This document shows positions 18,964 to 21,668 of a stretch of DNA of 21,668 nt, piece by piece. How positions within the stretch are numbered: the first letter of the stretch is position 1; every line of letters starts with the position of its first letter. The translations under genes and the position numbers were made by a program. The DNA is from Halobacteriaceae archaeon (GTDB lineage Archaea > Halobacteriota > Halobacteria > Halobacteriales > Halobacteriaceae). The notes under the pieces were generated by a model, which saw only the letters and a list, made by a program, of their open reading frames with translations, had not been told where the DNA came from and searched no databases. The DNA lies in contig JBDGTS010000025.1 in assembly GCA_042216675.1 (NCBI GenBank), positions 1 through 21,668 of the forward strand. The letters are read 5' to 3'.

Positions 18964-18970
18964 GATAAAC
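18964..18970 (-). promoter_or_regulatory. TATA box of leaderless thiC promoter (GTTTATC on minus strand)
   Basis: TTTAT located 27-31 nt upstream of the thiC ATG, matching haloarchaeal leaderless promoter geometry. Confidence 0.6.
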
Positions 18971-19016
18971 GCTGTGGTCCGGGGGTTCAAGGCCGGGAGC
19001 GCGGCCACGCCCGGCC

Positions 19017-19748
19017 ATGCAGGACACGCTCAGGGTGTTGGCCGGCGACTGCACGGTGACGTACGAGGACGACGAGGGTACCCGAACTCAGCGGGGGCGC
19101 GTGGTGGTCGCAATCAAACCCGACGGCACGGTGCTCGTTCACGACGCCGACGGCTACCGCCCGGCGGCGTGGCTCACCCGCGCGGACACGGTGGCGGTCA
19201 GCCGCGAGGGAGACGACTTCCGCCTCGTGGCCGGGGACGGCGGAACGCGCCTCGCGGTGGAGAGCCACGAGACGTTCGGACGGGTCCGCTTCCCCGTCTC
19301 CGCCGCTGGGCCGCCCGTCGGCGACTGTCCCGACTGCCGCGCGCCGATGGTCCGCGACGGCGACGAAATCGCGTGCACGGACTGTCGCTCCCGCTACCCG
19401 ATTCCCCGGGACGCCGCGGTGACCGACGAGGCGTGCCCGGACTGTGGCCTGCCGACTGTGCGCGTCGAACGCGGCGCCGAACTGACCGTCTGCGTGGACC
19501 GGCACTGTCAGCCGTTAGCCGAGGCCGTCGGCGAACGATTCGACGGCGAGTGGCCCTGTCCCGACTGCGGACGGGGGATGCGGATTCGCCGAGAGCGCGG
19601 TCTCCGCGCGGTGTGTCCCGACTGCGAGCGCCGCCTCCGGGTGCCAGTGGGCACAGTCGCCGGCGACTGTGACTGTGGACTCCCCCTGTTCGACACGGGC
19701 GACGGGGCGCGCTGTCCGGACCCGGACTGCGCGGCGGCGACACCGTAG
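19017..19748 (+). CDS. NucS/EndoMS N-terminal-like domain fused to multiple C4 zinc ribbons (no nuclease domain)
   Basis: N-terminus GDCTVTYE...VVAIKPDGTVLVHDADGYRPAAW resembles the NucS N-domain. The C-terminus has eight Cys pairs (CPDC, CTDC, CPDC, CVDRHC, CPDC, CPDC, CDC, CPDPDC), similar to topoisomerase I C4 zinc ribbons. Confidence 0.75.
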   Translation: MQDTLRVLAGDCTVTYEDDEGTRTQRGRVVVAIKPDGTVLVHDADGYRPAAWLTRADTVAVSREGDDFRLVAGDGGTRLAVESHETFGRVRFPVSAAGPPVGDCPDCRAPMVRDGDEIACTDCRSRYPIPRDAAVTDEACPDCGLPTVRVERGAELTVCVDRHCQPLAEAVGERFDGEWPCPDCGRGMRIRRERGLRAVCPDCERRLRVPVGTVAGDCDCGLPLFDTGDGARCPDPDCAAATP

Positions 19749-19780
19749 CCTCTTTGCCTGCCCGGCGGCACGTCACCGAC

Positions 19781-20806
19781 ATGGACGGACGGGAACGCGA
19801 CGGGGAAATCGTCGTCGACGGCGACGCGCGTCAGCGCTTCCACGACGCCCGCGGCTACGGGCGTCCGCTCGACGGCGACTCGCTCGCTCTCACCCGCGTC
19901 GAGGCGGCCCACTTGCTGTTCCGCGGGGACCTCGTCTCCGTGGACGGCCGGGGATTCCGCGAGTTCCTCTCCGACGCCGAGGCGGGCTTCGCGCCCCGGT
20001 TTCTCGTCTACAAGGACCTGCGGGACCGCGGCTTCTATCTCTCGCCCGCCCGCGAAGGGTGGGTCACCGACCCCCGCGACGACGTGGACTTCGTCGTCTA
20101 CCCCCGCGGCAAGGGGCCGTGGGACGAGGACGTACTGTACCGGATTCGGGCCGTCGGGGAACGCGCGCCGGTGTCTGCCGCCGGGGTGGGCGACTGCGTC
20201 CTCGCCGTCGTCGACGAGGAGAGCGACATCACCTACCTCCAGACGGCCGAGCCGACGCCAACCGGCGGCACCGAGTACACGCCCCCCAGCGACGTGTCGG
20301 GCACCCTCCTCGACGACCGGGCCGTCCTCTGGGACCCGCCCGAGGACCTGCACCACCGGGGCTTCTACGGCCGACCGCTGGAAGGCAGAGACGAGTCCGC
20401 GGACTCGCCGCTTCAGTTGTCGCTCATCGAGGCCGCCTACCTCGCCGCGGAGGGGGCGCTGTCGCTGGACCTCCGGCGCGTCGTCGAACGCGGGCGGGCC
20501 GTCGAGGGCGACCGCTTCGACCGGCGCCTGCGCACCTACCGAGCGCTCCGGGACGGCGGCCTCGTCCCCAAGACGGGGTTCAAGTTCGGGGCCGACTTCC
20601 GCGTCTACGCCACCGTCGAGACGGTGGACGACCTCGGGCACGCCGAGTTTCTGGTGCGCGTCCTCCCCGCCGACTACGACTTCGAACCGCGGGACTTGGC
20701 GCTCGACGTGCGCCTCGCCCACGGCGTCCGCAAGGAGATGCTGTTCGCGCGCCACGGCGACGGGGAGCGTCCCTCGTGGCTCTCGGTGAGCCGCCTGACA
20801 CCGTAG
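19781..20806 (+). CDS. endA: tRNA-splicing endonuclease (tRNA-intron lyase), tandem-repeat homodimeric type
   Basis: Two repeats (LTRVEAAHL...FLVYKDLRDRG and LSLIEAAYL...YRALRDGG). The catalytic unit carries KTGFKFGADFRVY, GHAEF and RLAHGVRK. ATG at 19781. Confidence 0.95.
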   Translation: MDGRERDGEIVVDGDARQRFHDARGYGRPLDGDSLALTRVEAAHLLFRGDLVSVDGRGFREFLSDAEAGFAPRFLVYKDLRDRGFYLSPAREGWVTDPRDDVDFVVYPRGKGPWDEDVLYRIRAVGERAPVSAAGVGDCVLAVVDEESDITYLQTAEPTPTGGTEYTPPSDVSGTLLDDRAVLWDPPEDLHHRGFYGRPLEGRDESADSPLQLSLIEAAYLAAEGALSLDLRRVVERGRAVEGDRFDRRLRTYRALRDGGLVPKTGFKFGADFRVYATVETVDDLGHAEFLVRVLPADYDFEPRDLALDVRLAHGVRKEMLFARHGDGERPSWLSVSRLTP

Positions 20807-20814
20807 ATGCCAAC

Positions 20815-20822
20815 GATTAAGG
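20815..20822 (+). promoter_or_regulatory. TATA-like box (GATTAAGG) of the putative trpS leader transcript
   Basis: TTAA core 26-29 nt upstream of ATG 20846, the same spacing seen for other genes in the window. No comparable box lies at that distance from the trpS ATG (20993). Confidence 0.55.
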
Positions 20823-20845
20823 CCTTCTCGGCGGAGAGTGAGGAC

Positions 20846-20920
20846 ATGGAGTCCACTTCCGGCTGGCGGTGGCCACACGGTTCGGAAGTGGACAGTGTCG
20901 CGGTCCCGGCGGGGGGCTGA
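20846..20920 (+). CDS. Putative Trp-containing leader peptide (uORF) MESTSGWRWPHGSEVDSVAVPAGG upstream of trpS
   Basis: ATG 20846 to TGA 20918-20920, 24 aa, with TGG codons at 20864-20866 and 20870-20872. It lies directly upstream of trpS, at leaderless distance from a TATA-like box. Confidence 0.6.
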   Translation: MESTSGWRWPHGSEVDSVAVPAGG

Positions 20921-20955
20921 CCCACGCCGCGAACGCGTCGCTCACTCCGCTTTTT
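20851..20955 (+). promoter_or_regulatory. Putative attenuator RNA with mutually exclusive helices and a U-tract
   Basis: GTCCACTTCCG (20851-20861) is the perfect reverse complement of CGGAAGTGGAC (20883-20893). GGAAGTGGA (20884-20892) can alternatively pair with TCCGCTTTT (20946-20954) using three G-U pairs. T5 run at 20951-20955. Confidence 0.55.
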
Positions 20956-20992
20956 CCACGCACCGACTTCGACCACCGCGCCCAGACCACGC

Positions 20993-21668
20993 ATGACACG
21001 CGACACAGACTCAGCCACCGAGGAATCGACGCACACACTGACCGACGGCGGGAGCGAGACGGCCGCCGGCGCCGACGAGGCCACTCTCGACCCGTGGGGG
21101 TCCTCGACTATCGCCGACTACCGCTCGCTGTTCGAGGAGTTCGGCATCGAGGCGTTCGAGGACGTCCTCGACTCGGTGCCGAACCCCCACTATCTGATGC
21201 GGCGGGCCATCATCTTCGGCCACCGCGACTACCGCCGGGTGCTGACGGCGATGCGCGAGGACGAACCGTTCGCCGCGCTCTCCGGCTTCATGCCCACCGG
21301 CGACCCCCATATCGGTCACAAGATGGTGTTCGACGAAATCATCTGGCATCAGGAGCAGGGCGGCGACGCCTACGGCCTCATCGCCGACTTAGAGGCCCAC
21401 AGCGCCCGCGGCCTCTCGTGGGACGAAATCGACGACCACGCCGAGGACTACCTGCTCTCCCTGCTGGCGCTCGGCTTCGACCCCGAGGACGGCGAACTGT
21501 ACCGCCAGTCCGACAACCGCGAGGTGCAGGACCTCGCCTTCGAGTTGGGGTCCGAGGCGAACTTCTCGGAGTTCGAGGCCATCTACGGCTTCGACGGCGA
21601 GACCGAAATCTCGCACATGCAGAGCGTCGTCACGCAGATGGCGGACATCCTCTACCCGCAACTCGACG
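20993..21668 (+). CDS. trpS: Tryptophan--tRNA ligase, 3'-truncated by window edge (absent from the ORF track)
   Basis: Manual translation [11 protein letters not shown]...LDPWGS...[11 protein letters not shown]...[11 protein letters not shown]...[13 protein letters not shown] (HIGH)...IADLEA...YRQS...[11 protein letters not shown] matches archaeal TrpRS. Confidence 0.95.
   Translation, partial: MTRDTDSATEESTHTLTDGGSETAAGADEATLDPWGSSTIADYRSLFEEFGIEAFEDVLDSVPNPHYLMRRAIIFGHRDYRRVLTAMREDEPFAALSGFMPTGDPHIGHKMVFDEIIWHQEQGGDAYGLIADLEAHSARGLSWDEIDDHAEDYLLSLLALGFDPEDGELYRQSDNREVQDLAFELGSEANFSEFEAIYGFDGETEISHMQSVVTQMADILYPQLD

Noticed and set aside
18939-19016. TPP riboswitch upstream of thiC
   Set aside because: Only 78 nt shared with a divergent promoter, no TPP aptamer consensus, and TATA spacing implies a leaderless mRNA.
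20831-20950. Long-range pairing of GCGGAGAGTGAG (20831-20842) with CTCACTCCGC (20941-20950)
   Set aside because: The 5' arm lies upstream of the predicted TSS (about 20846), so it would exist only in endA read-through transcripts. Not counted unless TSS mapping says otherwise.
20807-20992. T-box riboswitch, tRNA or C/D-box sRNA in the endA-trpS gap
   Set aside because: No T-box consensus, cloverleaf or clear C/D boxes seen. The uORF plus hairpin model fits better.
20674-21661. Minus-strand ORFs 20674..21084, 21011..21349 and 21389..21661
   Set aside because: Antisense to endA, the leader and trpS, which is the real gene in the plus frame from 20993.
1-21668. CRISPR arrays, IS elements, integrases, rRNA/tRNA genes or a low-GC island
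   Set aside because: No spaced direct repeats, transposase motifs, structural RNA signatures or evident compositional shift. Recurrent GTCGTCG/CGACGAC words reflect Asp/Val codon bias.

Overview
High-GC (haloarchaeal-type, acidic proteome) core-genome window with 17 densely packed genes, many apparently leaderless with T/A-rich boxes about 25-30 nt upstream of the start codon. In coordinate order: 5'-truncated alanine dehydrogenase/OCD-family gene; a minus-strand run leuS, hsp20, pheA, lpdA, carotenoid-cleavage oxygenase, lipA, gtrA-like, GT2, TIGR03663-like GT-C; a divergent DUF2298/YYY membrane protein; a Ski2/Brr2-like helicase; thiR convergent with thiC; a NucS-N-terminal/zinc-ribbon protein; endA; and a 3'-truncated trpS that the ORF track misses. 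The most striking non-annotated signal is the 186-nt endA-trpS intergenic region. It holds a TATA-like box, a leaderless 24-codon uORF with a Trp-Arg-Trp motif in the loop of a perfect 11-bp hairpin, and an alternative helix that would mask a downstream U-tract. This is a candidate Trp-sensing, ribosome-mediated attenuator in an archaeon. Other notable points: a carotenoid oxygenase sits where E1/E2 2-oxoacid dehydrogenase genes usually lie between lipA and lpdA; there is a four-gene GT2/GtrA/two-GT-C glycosylation module; and a candidate ThiR operator abuts the thiC start. No rRNA, tRNA, CRISPR or mobile elements were seen. All family assignments are from motif recognition, not database searches.
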